Shown piece by piece: positions 39,560 to 50,000 of a DNA stretch of 64,000 nucleotides. The notes beneath the pieces are model-generated. The model had not been told where the DNA came from and did no database searches. It saw nothing but the letters and a program-made list of their open reading frames with translations. Each line of letters opens with the position of its first letter. Position 1 is the first letter of the stretch. The position numbers and the translations under genes are program-made. Source of the stretch: Deltaproteobacteria bacterium (lineage in GTDB: Archaea; Thermoplasmatota; Poseidoniia; Poseidoniales; Poseidoniaceae); contig JAOMAZ010000002.1 in NCBI GenBank assembly GCA_028344335.1, positions 380 through 64,379 on the forward strand, given 5' to 3'.

Positions 39560-42034
39560 CTAAATATCAAGGTCATCTAAATCTTCATCCTTTGGTAAGG
39601 GGGATTTTTTGCTTTCCATCAAACCTTTTGGATCATGGCGAGTTGTTCTTTCATTTTCGCTATCTACGCCAGGTAGGTCGAGGTTTGATGAATGTGTGGT
39701 AGAACTACCCTTTAGCATTAAACCGGCAGCCATTTCATCCATTTTGAGAATGACTTCCTTGGCATCGTGATGATCCAAAACGGTAGCAGCTGCCTCAACT
39801 AATTTTTCATCAACTGGAGTTGATGTTTGTTTTCTCGGGCCACTACTAAGGCTGAATGCCGCGCTGAATGAACCTGCATCCATACTCGGACTTTCAACCA
39901 ATTCCACTTGCTTTTCTCCACTCTCTGCAAATTTAGACTCAATCTCGCTAAACTCTTCAGGTGGTTTAGGTTTTCTTGCCTCTTCTAATTCTTTGATAAT
40001 ACGTTGTTCCTCCTCAATTTTCCTTCTCCTCTGTAGGGCGATGTGAATTGCAAAAATAGAGAATATTATAGCAAAGAAAGTGTACGAATGGCGACTCCAA
40101 GTTTCATCAATGAAGCCAAACATTGGTGTAAAGTCGAACCATGTCTCTTCTTCAACTGGCTGATTAGGTTGCCAAGGTGTACCAAGCCAATCCTCATTGC
40201 TTGATGTATTAACTTCAGCGCCATCAGGGTCGGAAAAACTCCACATGCTAACGTTCATCCATAAGGTCCCATTTAGAAGTTCATCAACAGGTAATTTGGC
40301 CCAAGAACGGAAGGTTATATTCTGCCCGTGATTTATGTCGATAATTTGGAAATCTCGCAATTGGTCTGCCTCTAATTCAAACTCAGCACCATCTGGTGGG
40401 CTCAAACCATGTTCAGTGTAATGACTGACTGTTAAGACCACTATTAACCCGTCTTTACCATTGCCGAGATTCTTTACCGTGCAAGACATTGTCATCAAAC
40501 CATCAGCATCAACCTCTTGAATTACTTCTTCGAAAACCCAATTAGAATCTAAAGCAATACTGATATTAATTTTCAATGTATCAACTATATCTCCCTCTGC
40601 AGGACGTAATTTCCAAATAACTTCGGCTTGAGTAAAGGCTTCGATTCCTTCATTTATAGTAATTTCAATCCCTGGAATCTCAACCGACTCTCCTCTTGCG
40701 AGTGAAATTTGGCTGGAGGGTTGATTAACAACTACCCATTCAGGAGATTCAGAAAATAAAGTGAAGGAATCAATGAAATTTCCGCTATTATTGACTATTA
40801 ATGAGCCACTACAAGTTTCACCTGGCTTGATACTTCGACATTCCAATCCGTCTAAATCAATACTTCCATTACGAATCAATTCAATATTGGCAAACATATC
40901 AACACTGACATCCCTTGTAGGGGCGGATGGACTGTAAGCACGAACTCTAATTCCTGCAGAACCTGATGCCACTGCCGGTGCAAGAATCGAGATATCGATG
41001 AAAGCACTTGCATTGACTGCGAGTAAAGATGCATTATATTCTGTTGATATTCTAAAAGTCCAACCTGAAATATTGAGAATATCTGCTTTTTCTCCAACCG
41101 GCAACCCATTTTGGTCTAATTCCATAATTTCTATTTCCATTCTGGATTGTGAATTACCTACATTTCTAACTTTTAGTTGTAGTTTCCCAGTATCCTCTGG
41201 ATCAAGAGTAATATTTCCTTGATGCCAATCGATAGTTGCATTGTGAAAAGTTTTTGGAATAATTGTAAATGAATATGATGATACAGCAGAATCAAGAGAG
41301 GAAGTAGCAGTCATCGTCCATGTTAATCCATCTCCTGAAGTTGGACTTCCATTAATGACTGGGGGAACCCAGACTTGGATATTCACCCACCCAATCGCAC
41401 CTGCCTCTATACTCATCAGGCTTCCATTCCAAGGCTCATCTCCCAAATCCCATTGAATTCTCCATCCTACATCACCTTCTAATTTTATCAGCGGTTCATC
41501 CAAAGTAGTTCCATTATTGCTGAGATTTAGAGCGAAAGAGAATGGAGTGTCTGGATTGATATTGAAGGTACTTCCTGCACTTCCCCAACCTAATGAGCTT
41601 TCTATATCAACAGAAATATCGATACTCATGGAATGAAATAATTCTTGGCTACTATTGTGCCTCCATTCAAGATTAATAGTTTGCATTCCCAAGTTTGCAC
41701 CGGAATCTGCTGTTAAGGTGAAAAGCAGTTGACCTAATGCACCTGAATTCATTTCAATACCTTCACTTGGTAAACCTGCGATAGAAATTGAGTTGAGGGA
41801 CTGTTGCACACTGACATCAGTGATAATTTGTTCATCCTTTAGGTTATGCCAGATTAATGAAACTTGTTTTACTTCATCTCGATGAATATGCACAATTTGA
41901 GGATTAGAGACAGTGAAATCAGACTCTCTAGCAGAATTGTTCTTTTTTTCATATGTAGACGAAGACAAAGAAGTGTCAACAATGCCAGTGGTGGTTGAGA
42001 TTAGTAAAATAATCACCAGCAACTGAGCCTTCAT
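39560..42034 (-). CDS. Single-pass surface protein with tandem Ig-like (NxGN) domains and an acidic cytoplasmic tail
   Basis: Signal MKAQLLVIILLIST; repeats LSNNGT, VRNVGN, VNNSGN, VKNLGN; TM YTFFAIIFSIFAIHIAL-QRRRK. Confidence 0.75.
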   Translation of the reverse strand: MKAQLLVIILLISTTTGIVDTSLSSSTYEKKNNSARESDFTVSNPQIVHIHRDEVKQVSLIWHNLKDEQIITDVSVQQSLNSISIAGLPSEGIEMNSGALGQLLFTLTADSGANLGMQTINLEWRHNSSQELFHSMSIDISVDIESSLGWGSAGSTFNINPDTPFSFALNLSNNGTTLDEPLIKLEGDVGWRIQWDLGDEPWNGSLMSIEAGAIGWVNIQVWVPPVINGSPTSGDGLTWTMTATSSLDSAVSSYSFTIIPKTFHNATIDWHQGNITLDPEDTGKLQLKVRNVGNSQSRMEIEIMELDQNGLPVGEKADILNISGWTFRISTEYNASLLAVNASAFIDISILAPAVASGSAGIRVRAYSPSAPTRDVSVDMFANIELIRNGSIDLDGLECRSIKPGETCSGSLIVNNSGNFIDSFTLFSESPEWVVVNQPSSQISLARGESVEIPGIEITINEGIEAFTQAEVIWKLRPAEGDIVDTLKINISIALDSNWVFEEVIQEVDADGLMTMSCTVKNLGNGKDGLIVVLTVSHYTEHGLSPPDGAEFELEADQLRDFQIIDINHGQNITFRSWAKLPVDELLNGTLWMNVSMWSFSDPDGAEVNTSSNEDWLGTPWQPNQPVEEETWFDFTPMFGFIDETWSRHSYTFFAIIFSIFAIHIALQRRRKIEEEQRIIKELEEARKPKPPEEFSEIESKFAESGEKQVELVESPSMDAGSFSAAFSLSSGPRKQTSTPVDEKLVEAAATVLDHHDAKEVILKMDEMAAGLMLKGSSTTHSSNLDLPGVDSENERTTRHDPKGLMESKKSPLPKDEDLDDLDI

Positions 42035-42132
42035 CAAGAGGCTGGTAGGCACCTTGCTCTTCAACCATTTCGTTAATTCGTGTATGAAAAATAATCGGTA
42101 ACCTCATCTGTAGCAACCTCTCTCGATGAAAC

Positions 42133-42459
42133 ATGCCCCCACTCTGGCCTTTCAAGAAGAAGGCGGCTGTCGATGAGAAGCCGCCTGCTCCAATTGCTTA
42201 TGATAGAAATAATGACCACTCTGCAGAGATTTTGGCAGATACCTCTCATACCGATAGCCAAGATTACAAAGCAGCAATGGCGGCTTTATCTAATCCCCAT
42301 TTAGAAGAACCTACAGAACAACCATCAGGAGTTCCAGAAAAAGAATATGTTCAGTCAAATGATGGCTATTGGTATTTGAAAAAGGCCGATGGTAGTTTTG
42401 AGCCCGAAGTATATGTAAAAAATGAAGACGGAACATACCGGTTATTTTCAGCAAATTAA
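42133..42459 (+). CDS. Small hypothetical protein with duplicated (E/V)YVxxxDGxY/W beta-hairpins
   Basis: MPPLWPFKKK N-terminus; EYVQSNDGYW and VYVKNEDGTY. Confidence 0.65.
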   Translation: MPPLWPFKKKAAVDEKPPAPIAYDRNNDHSAEILADTSHTDSQDYKAAMAALSNPHLEEPTEQPSGVPEKEYVQSNDGYWYLKKADGSFEPEVYVKNEDGTYRLFSAN

Positions 42460-42474
42460 AATAAAACTTGTGGC

Positions 42475-44229
42475 TTACAAAACTGGATCAGGAATGGCCT
42501 TTCTTAATGCCTGAAGGCAGAATTCAGCCCCATGCAGAGGCACTCTTAATTCGAATAATGCACCAACGGTGGGGTCTATTTCGCCCATCTCCCCAACCTT
42601 TTCACCTGCAATGAAAATTTGGGAAGAGCGACCTTTCATCCACGGTCCTTGCTGTGCCGGCATCTCCTTCCACTCTACATTTGAAGATGATGAATCGATT
42701 CCAAGGTCTCTAAGGAATGCTTGAACCATACCTCTACAATTTGCGAATGAGGAAACATTTTCTGCACAAAGCCAAGAAACTCTATCCTTATTGTGGTGAT
42801 TTCTAACAGTGGTGCCTACTTCATAGATACTTTGAGGAAGCTCATGGTGTCGGTTTGCAGCTAATAACCTCAATAAACTGGGGAGAACCGATTGTCTGAG
42901 CATTGTGTGATCTTGGGTTATTGGGTTGGAAATTAATGTTGAAATTCCTTCACTTTGCCAACGGGGAAATGTAAATTGATCATTTTCATTAGATAATGTC
43001 AAACTTTGTACCTGAGTTAGTCCAAGTCCACATAGACTGTCTCTAAGTCTTCGCTTGAAAGTTGCATCTTGATGGGGAATTGCTGTAGTTGCGTGGCTTG
43101 GACTTGCATCGCCGAGGTTTTCATAGCCATGTCCTATTGCTATTTCTTCCACTAAATCTATTGGATGTAAAATGTCAAATCTCCATCTAGGCATTTCTAT
43201 CATTAACAAGTCCGAACCTTTGCTTGCATCAGCCATTCTGCCACCTCCTATTTTTTCGGATGTTTCTCGACCGATGAAACGCCCCCCCATCCGATTAATT
43301 GCATAATTGAGTTCAGCATCACTAAATTTGTATCCAAGGATAGAGAATACTAATTCTTCTGGAACTTTGTGTACGATGGCTTTGGAAGGGGGGGATTCGA
43401 ATTGCTGCCCTTCGCAATCTGTAATGTTAACAGATTCAACAACTCCTCCTCTAGCTTGTAACTGAAGGCAAATAAGGAGTAAACTGCATTCACAGGCGCG
43501 ATGATCCCAGCCAGTTACATCGATGAAGAAATCTCTAGTCTGGTGGTTTACAGTGGTATGGTCACCGTTGATTATAGGGGGGAATGATAGTGCTGCATCA
43601 TCATCATCGAGGATTATAGGGAAGCGTTCAAACCCGTCTAAGAGGTGTGCATATTCAACACCTTTTTCATGGTTGGATAGGATTTCAGAAATCGACATTT
43701 CTTGTTGCATTTGAAGTGGGATGAATGCATATTCTTTTGGTACTGAAATAACCCTGAAAGGGGGCTTCAAAGACGACAAGTCATGGACCCCGATTGAAGC
43801 TCTTTTCCTCCCCCTTCCAAGTGCGAAATGAAGTTTCTCTTGGTGTTCCATTAAGGCTTTAATGAATTCTTCTTTTTCTTCTGAATCATCACCAATATCC
43901 ACTCCTCTTACTATTGCACCGAGAATAACCGGCCGGATTTCCTTGAGGCTACTATCAACCATGAGTTTGACTTGACCTTGTTGAATATCCACCCTTGGCA
44001 CGGCTACAGTTCCATGTAAGAAGGGACGGATTGCATGAGCAAGAGTTTCACCAGAAAGCAAGTCAGGTCGGTCTGGAAATATCTCAATTTCTAGCATTTC
44101 ATCATCGCATCTGTCGATATCAGTTCCGAGTAAAGGTAATTGATCGGCAATCAATTCAGGCTTGCTTTCAATATCATGTCTTTGCTGCAATTTTTTTAAT
44201 AAAGAATGTTCGACCTTGATAGTTGGCAT
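42475..44229 (-). CDS. pheT: Phenylalanine-tRNA ligase beta subunit (archaeal type)
   Basis: MPTI start with SD GAGGTGA, DRPDLLS, QEKLH...GRGRKRASIGVHDL, SFPPIIN, RFDILHPIDLVEEIAIGHGY. Confidence 0.96.
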   Translation of the reverse strand: MPTIKVEHSLLKKLQQRHDIESKPELIADQLPLLGTDIDRCDDEMLEIEIFPDRPDLLSGETLAHAIRPFLHGTVAVPRVDIQQGQVKLMVDSSLKEIRPVILGAIVRGVDIGDDSEEKEEFIKALMEHQEKLHFALGRGRKRASIGVHDLSSLKPPFRVISVPKEYAFIPLQMQQEMSISEILSNHEKGVEYAHLLDGFERFPIILDDDDAALSFPPIINGDHTTVNHQTRDFFIDVTGWDHRACECSLLLICLQLQARGGVVESVNITDCEGQQFESPPSKAIVHKVPEELVFSILGYKFSDAELNYAINRMGGRFIGRETSEKIGGGRMADASKGSDLLMIEMPRWRFDILHPIDLVEEIAIGHGYENLGDASPSHATTAIPHQDATFKRRLRDSLCGLGLTQVQSLTLSNENDQFTFPRWQSEGISTLISNPITQDHTMLRQSVLPSLLRLLAANRHHELPQSIYEVGTTVRNHHNKDRVSWLCAENVSSFANCRGMVQAFLRDLGIDSSSSNVEWKEMPAQQGPWMKGRSSQIFIAGEKVGEMGEIDPTVGALFELRVPLHGAEFCLQALRKAIPDPVL

Positions 44230-44239
44230 TTCAATCACC

Positions 44240-45799
44240 TCAACTGGCAAACCAATGCGGTAAGGGTCTGCCATATCCTGATAAACGAAGTCCACTGGTT
44301 GCCGCTGTTTCATTATTGATTGCTCTCAAATGCTTACGTGTCAATTGGTCAATACTAATTATTCCTAGTTGAATTAACCAACCTTCAAGATTTGAACTCA
44401 ATTCCTCCAACCATTGGTTAATTGCCGCAACTCCATTTACGGGGGCACTACAAATAACCATTTTGCAACCTGCTGAACAGGCTATCGCTAAGTCTTGGGA
44501 TGTAGCATCCCAATCCAATTCAAGTCCTAATAAAATTCCATCTCTTGCTAATGAATTTGCAGCTGCAGAGCGTCCAATTAGCGGTAATGCTGAGGCTGCT
44601 GTCCTTCCACTTGGGTCACCAAGGCGAGAGATACATGCATCGACATCTGAATTTGCTGAAAGTATGTGGAGCTTTTCAACTTCATCGAGGTCTGAAAGAA
44701 GGACAATAGGTGAGTCTTCTCCAACTAATCCCTTGAGGGAAACAATAAGCCCATCTAAGCGGGCAGAATTTAGAGAGGGAATTGCAGAAATATCGAGTAC
44801 AACTCCCCCTGCTTCTTTTAGTAAATCAGCAGCTTGATTGAGGTTTTGTTCATCGAGCAAAACCAAATCAATTGCTCTTGGATTTGTTCTTACTAAGAAT
44901 GGTTGTTTACTGACTCTTCCTTTGTTCAACCCTTTGCCGTCTTCACGCATTGGTAGCAGAGGCAATGGTAATCCAAGTGCTTCACATTCACCACCTCTTT
45001 CACCGAGTAAGACCATGGTGTCGCGTTCGGAATGTTTTGGAGGGCTGCTACCTTCAGAATTAACAAGAGCGATGCCATCCCAAGAGCCACTATTTTTCCT
45101 CTGAGGTAATACTGGACTTACTATCGTATCATTATCTACTACAAGACAAACTGCATCAGCAGGTATCTCAAGAGTAGGGTCGGCCATTTCTGAATTCAAT
45201 TTTTTACAGTCGGCAGTACTTAGAGTGGACATTTTCACTCCGTTTGGAATTGGTGGGCATCTACCATTGATGATTATTCTGCCACCACTCATGCCGATTC
45301 CTGGCTCGTGGCTCACATCACCGTGGACGATGATATCTCCTGCCGACATTCCTCCACCTATTCGACTGCCACAATCACCCCTGATAACCAATATTCCTCC
45401 AGACATACAAGAGCCGGCATCATTTCCTGCTCCATCTCTGATAACAACTCTTCCTGATGACATTGAATATGCAACGAAATCTTCAACTCCTCTCTCAGCT
45501 GAAATGTGGCCACCATTATTCCAAGCGCCAAAAAAATCTCCTGCCTGCCCTTCTAATGTGAAAGAACCACCAGTTGAAAATGCTCCAACACAGTCTTTCA
45601 AAGCACCAAGCATTCGTAATCTAGCACCGTTTGGTAATCCAGGTGCGATACCCATTTCTCCTTGTTTGGGATTTGGCTCACCATCACGGCTCCATCCTAC
45701 CTTCATACCTTGGTCGAGTTGCAATGCCCTCTCCACTAATTTTTGGAGGTCTTTATTCAGTGCAAGACTGCGGCTGACATCCTCTCGCATCTGCGCCAT
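44240..45799 (-). CDS. GXGXG (GltB domain 3/FwdC-like) beta-helix fused to a degenerate glutamate-synthase FMN-barrel-like domain
   Basis: Repeats GQAGDFFG, DGAGNDAGSCMSGG, GDCGSRIGGGMSAG, PGIGMSGG. C-terminal LRAINNETAATSGLRLSG resembles the end of archaeal GltB2. Confidence 0.7.
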   Translation of the reverse strand: MAQMREDVSRSLALNKDLQKLVERALQLDQGMKVGWSRDGEPNPKQGEMGIAPGLPNGARLRMLGALKDCVGAFSTGGSFTLEGQAGDFFGAWNNGGHISAERGVEDFVAYSMSSGRVVIRDGAGNDAGSCMSGGILVIRGDCGSRIGGGMSAGDIIVHGDVSHEPGIGMSGGRIIINGRCPPIPNGVKMSTLSTADCKKLNSEMADPTLEIPADAVCLVVDNDTIVSPVLPQRKNSGSWDGIALVNSEGSSPPKHSERDTMVLLGERGGECEALGLPLPLLPMREDGKGLNKGRVSKQPFLVRTNPRAIDLVLLDEQNLNQAADLLKEAGGVVLDISAIPSLNSARLDGLIVSLKGLVGEDSPIVLLSDLDEVEKLHILSANSDVDACISRLGDPSGRTAASALPLIGRSAAANSLARDGILLGLELDWDATSQDLAIACSAGCKMVICSAPVNGVAAINQWLEELSSNLEGWLIQLGIISIDQLTRKHLRAINNETAATSGLRLSGYGRPLPHWFAS

Positions 45800-45926
45800 T
45801 GGCTGGCCCACAGCCTCATCGCCTTCAAGGTGTTTACTTGTCTGCTATACCTTTGAGCAGATTGGCAGCCTTTTCAGTAATGTTCATGGGCATACTGCAA
45901 AGGCCGATGCATTGAGGGTGGTGCAG

Positions 45927-46976
45927 ATGGCCGTTATCAGAGTTGCAATCAATGGATATGGTACGATTGGCAAAAGAGTTGCAGATGCGGTTGCCGCACA
46001 AGATGACATGGAATTAGTGGGAGTAACTAAGACCAGCCCTTCGTTTGGCTGTGATTTAGCAGTTCGAAAAGGATATCCATTGTATTGCACATTTGATGAT
46101 TCTGCAAAGATATCCGCATTCGCTGCCGAAGGCTATAGTTGCCTCGGAGGTCTATCAGACCTGCTCTCTGCTTGTGAAATTGTCATTGATTGCTCTCCTG
46201 GAAAGGTTGGTGCTGATAATTTGGCAAAATACAAAGCGGCTAAAGTCAAGTCTATATTCCAAGGTGGCGAGAAACATTCCTTGACAGGGTTGTCCTATAC
46301 CTCATCTGCTAATCACCAACAAAACCTCGGCGCAGATTGTACCCGTGTAGTTTCTTGTAATACAACTGGTTTGTCTCGAACTTTGATGCCTTTACACAAT
46401 CACTGTTCAGAGATAGGTGGTATTTCGGTGAATTGTGTTATGATTCGTCGAGCAGCCGACCCAGGAGATTCCTCCAAAGGACCAATTAATGCAATAAAAC
46501 CTGTATTGAAAGTACCTTCTCACCATGGTCCAGATGTTATGACCGTTCAGCCTGACATTAGGATTAACAGTTTAGCAGTGGCTGTTCCAACTACTATTAT
46601 GCACGTTCATGCCATGACAGTAGAACTTCCTGAAGGCCATGGACTAACTCAAGATTCAATCTTACAAATGTGGCATGATTCGCCTCGCATCATCATAATG
46701 AATGGGGCGAAAACTAGGATAACAACGACTGCCGAAGTTATGGAGTTGGCAAGAGATATAGGGAGAACCTGGGGTGACTTACACGAAATATTCGTTTGGG
46801 AGGATGGAGTTAGTCTGGATGAAAACACCCTCTATTATTTCCAGGCAATACATCAAGAAAGCGATGTTATTCCTGAAAATATTGATGCTATCAGAGCATT
46901 GATGAATAGTGAAGTAGAATGGCAAACAAGTGTTGCAAAAACCGATGCAGCAATTGCACGATTCAATAATATTTGA
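45927..46976 (+). CDS. gap: Type II (archaeal) glyceraldehyde-3-phosphate dehydrogenase
   Basis: RVAINGYGTIGKRVADAV, RVVSCNTTGL (catalytic Cys), RRAADP, PSHHGPDV, QAIHQES. True start is ATG 45927. Confidence 0.96.
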   Translation: MAVIRVAINGYGTIGKRVADAVAAQDDMELVGVTKTSPSFGCDLAVRKGYPLYCTFDDSAKISAFAAEGYSCLGGLSDLLSACEIVIDCSPGKVGADNLAKYKAAKVKSIFQGGEKHSLTGLSYTSSANHQQNLGADCTRVVSCNTTGLSRTLMPLHNHCSEIGGISVNCVMIRRAADPGDSSKGPINAIKPVLKVPSHHGPDVMTVQPDIRINSLAVAVPTTIMHVHAMTVELPEGHGLTQDSILQMWHDSPRIIIMNGAKTRITTTAEVMELARDIGRTWGDLHEIFVWEDGVSLDENTLYYFQAIHQESDVIPENIDAIRALMNSEVEWQTSVAKTDAAIARFNNI

Positions 46977-47044
46977 AAACAAATTTCACTCATGGTGCCG
47001 ATTCCATCAATAAGGGAATCAAGGTCGCAATAGGTGTGAGTGGC

Positions 47045-50000
47045 ATGGCAGGTTCTCAGCGATTCACCATTTTCATCTTGGTATTACTCTTACTCTCACC
47101 ATTCTCGTTCGTGGTAGGAGAGAGTCCTTCTGAAGATGAGGAGAAGGTAAATCCAACTCTCTGGACTGAAATTTCACCTTCAGGAATGATTCCTGTAGAT
47201 TTGCGGGAATCAACTGGAGTACTACACCTTTCAACTGGTGCCTTCGATCCATTACTGCAAGAGGATCCAACCCTTACAATTCTCCCAACCGGTTTTTCTT
47301 CTCAGGTTGTTCTTATTCAACTTCATACTACAGATGCAATGGTCTTGGCAGAATTAGCGGATATATACTCACTGTCAATACTTGACCATATGCCCGATGA
47401 AGCCTGGATTGTAAGAGTCCCAAGCCAAGACAGAATACCTGCATTGGAAAATGAATCATCTGTACGTTGGATTTCCCCTTTGAATATTGCTTGGAGAATG
47501 TCTGAAGGTTTACAACAAGTGTGGGTCGAACCTCCATCTTTACTCGATATTTCTTTGATATTAGCCCCTGACTTGAGTGAGGTTGGCATTGAGCAATTAG
47601 AGACCAGACTGAAAGATTTGCAAGCCAGAGAGGTTTGGTGTGGTTGGACCCAATGTGAGATATGGGGGATGGAATGGAATAATGGTCAAATCACAAACCT
47701 AATTGCAGATGATTCAATTCTGCATATTTCACTCTTAGAAAAATCTGCTCCCCTAAATTCCTATGCTGCACAGACGGTGGAATTAGACGAGGTACTTGGT
47801 ACACTGAACATGAACCTTGATGGATCGGGAGAAGTGATCGGTGTATCGGATACTGGAATCGATTCCTCTCATCCCGACTTGAATCAGAAGATTCTTTCAA
47901 TTAAGACTCAATATGGGTTAGACAGCTCTTCCTTAGACAAAAATACTGGCCATGGAACTCATGTTGTGGGAACCATAATCGGTGATGGAATTAGTGATTC
48001 TGAGGCCAAGGGATTGGCATCTGGTTCATCGATGCACTTTCAAGCATTGGAGCATGACAACACCGGTTTCTTTGGACGTCAAGGCTCATTATATGATATG
48101 CTAAGAGATTTTTACACCGCTGGGGCCAGAACAGGTTCCAATAGTTGGGGAGCCCCTGGAGCTCAAGGTGAATATACCAGTGATTCTCGAAGTGTTGATC
48201 ACTTCGCTAATGACTATGATGATTTCACGGTATTATTTGCAGCAGGTGAATCAAATGTCGGGGTTGCTGCCCCTTCAACCGCCAAGAATGTTCTATCCAT
48301 TGGTGCTGCAACTTCAGAACGACCTAACTCATTATCAGCCGGTGAAGTTTGGAATCAAAGTGCCAATGGCTTCAGTGCAGATGGGAGAATTAAACCAGAC
48401 TTAGTTGCTCCAGGGATTGAAATTTGTAGCACAATGTCAGAACAAGCATTATCTCCACTCGGGGTTGATTGTGGAAGTGGTATACACTCTAATGGCGATT
48501 CACTTTACAGGTCATCTAATGGCAGTAGCCATGCCACTGCAGTTGCTGCTGCTTCGGTTTTATTGACAAGAGAATTTCTTAGAGAAGAAGCCAATGTTAA
48601 TGCTCCAAGTGCGGATTTAGTTCGAGCTACTTTGATTAATGGGGCTCGTGATTTAGGTGTTCAAAACATTCCAAATGCTCAGGAAGGCTGGGGTCAAATC
48701 GATCTTTCTAACAGTTTTTCACCAAAAGATGGAAGCACTGCTTTAGCATCCTTTTATGACACAAATATTTCACTTTCGCCCGGTTTTGGTTTCATTTATG
48801 GTTTTGACTTTAATGCAGCCCATGGAATTTCAATCACTCTGGTTTGGACCGATGTAGCAGGCTCTGCTTCAGCACTCCAATCAGAGTCAAGACTAGTCAA
48901 TGACTTGGATTTGATATTAACAGCACCTGATGGCACGATTTGGTTTGGAAATGATTTCTCAAATGGGCTTTCGGCTACTACTGGTATAGTTGATTCCACG
49001 AATGTTGTTGAACGAATCGAATTAGCTCCTGGAGCCGCCCCTCAAAGTGGCACATGGAGTATTCAGGTTGCAAATAGAGCAGGCTCAGAGCAATCCTTTG
49101 CATTGGTAGTTGTTGCTGATGGGGATCATGATCCTGCTTCTGACTTGACTGTTTTCGATGAAAGTATTCGTCCAAGTTCCACCGAACCTTTGGTTAATGA
49201 ATTGATTTCCATCAGCGTTGCATGGACTAATCAAGCACCATTAGTGACTGGAAGTTACAAGGTTACATTGGTCGATACAACAACTGGAACAACACTTTCG
49301 GAAATGGTCCGAAGTGGCACCGCTGGAGGGCAAATAGAATCAGCATCGATTACCCATGCTTTCAGCACAACTGGTGCTCATATTCTTCGGTTAACTATTG
49401 ATGTTGATGACCAAATTGCTGAATTAAATGATGGAAATTCCGGTTATGATAATAATGTTAAACAAATAACCATCAACGTTAGTGCATTAGGTGTAAGGCT
49501 AATTCCACTCCTAGATGATGGGAGTGAACCAACAACTCCAGAGCAGAATTCTGCTGCTGTGATGAAATCTTTTGAAGCAAACACAGATTCACAAATTGAA
49601 ATCAATATGATTCTTCGTCATGAAGGAACTGGAAGTGAATCAGTAACCTTGACAAGTGGCTCTGTACGAATGCTCAATCCTCAACGAGAGGGAGTCTTCC
49701 AAACCCCTCCAGATTCTTGGACTAAGTCGATCAATGTTAGCAGTCCGTTGAGTATGGCGCCTGCTGGAGATATTGGTGATGAACAGTATTTCACCTTAAC
49801 ATTATTAGATGAAGATGCAGACCCCAATGGAGATATTCCAAGGTATGCCTATGCTGGCACATATGTGATAGATTTGGAGGCTCGTTATCAATTACAGCCA
49901 CTTGTCAAACATAAATTACGAATAACATTCGTGGTTAACGAAGTGGATGATGTTGACGTTGTGATTGCTGGAACATCTGGATTAAGTGCTAAACCAGGTG

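Noticed and set aside
45225..45926. Apparent 234-aa N-terminal extension on GAPDH (583-aa ORF)
   Set aside because: It is the antisense shadow of the Gly-rich GXGXG gene; GAPDH homology starts at ATG 45927.
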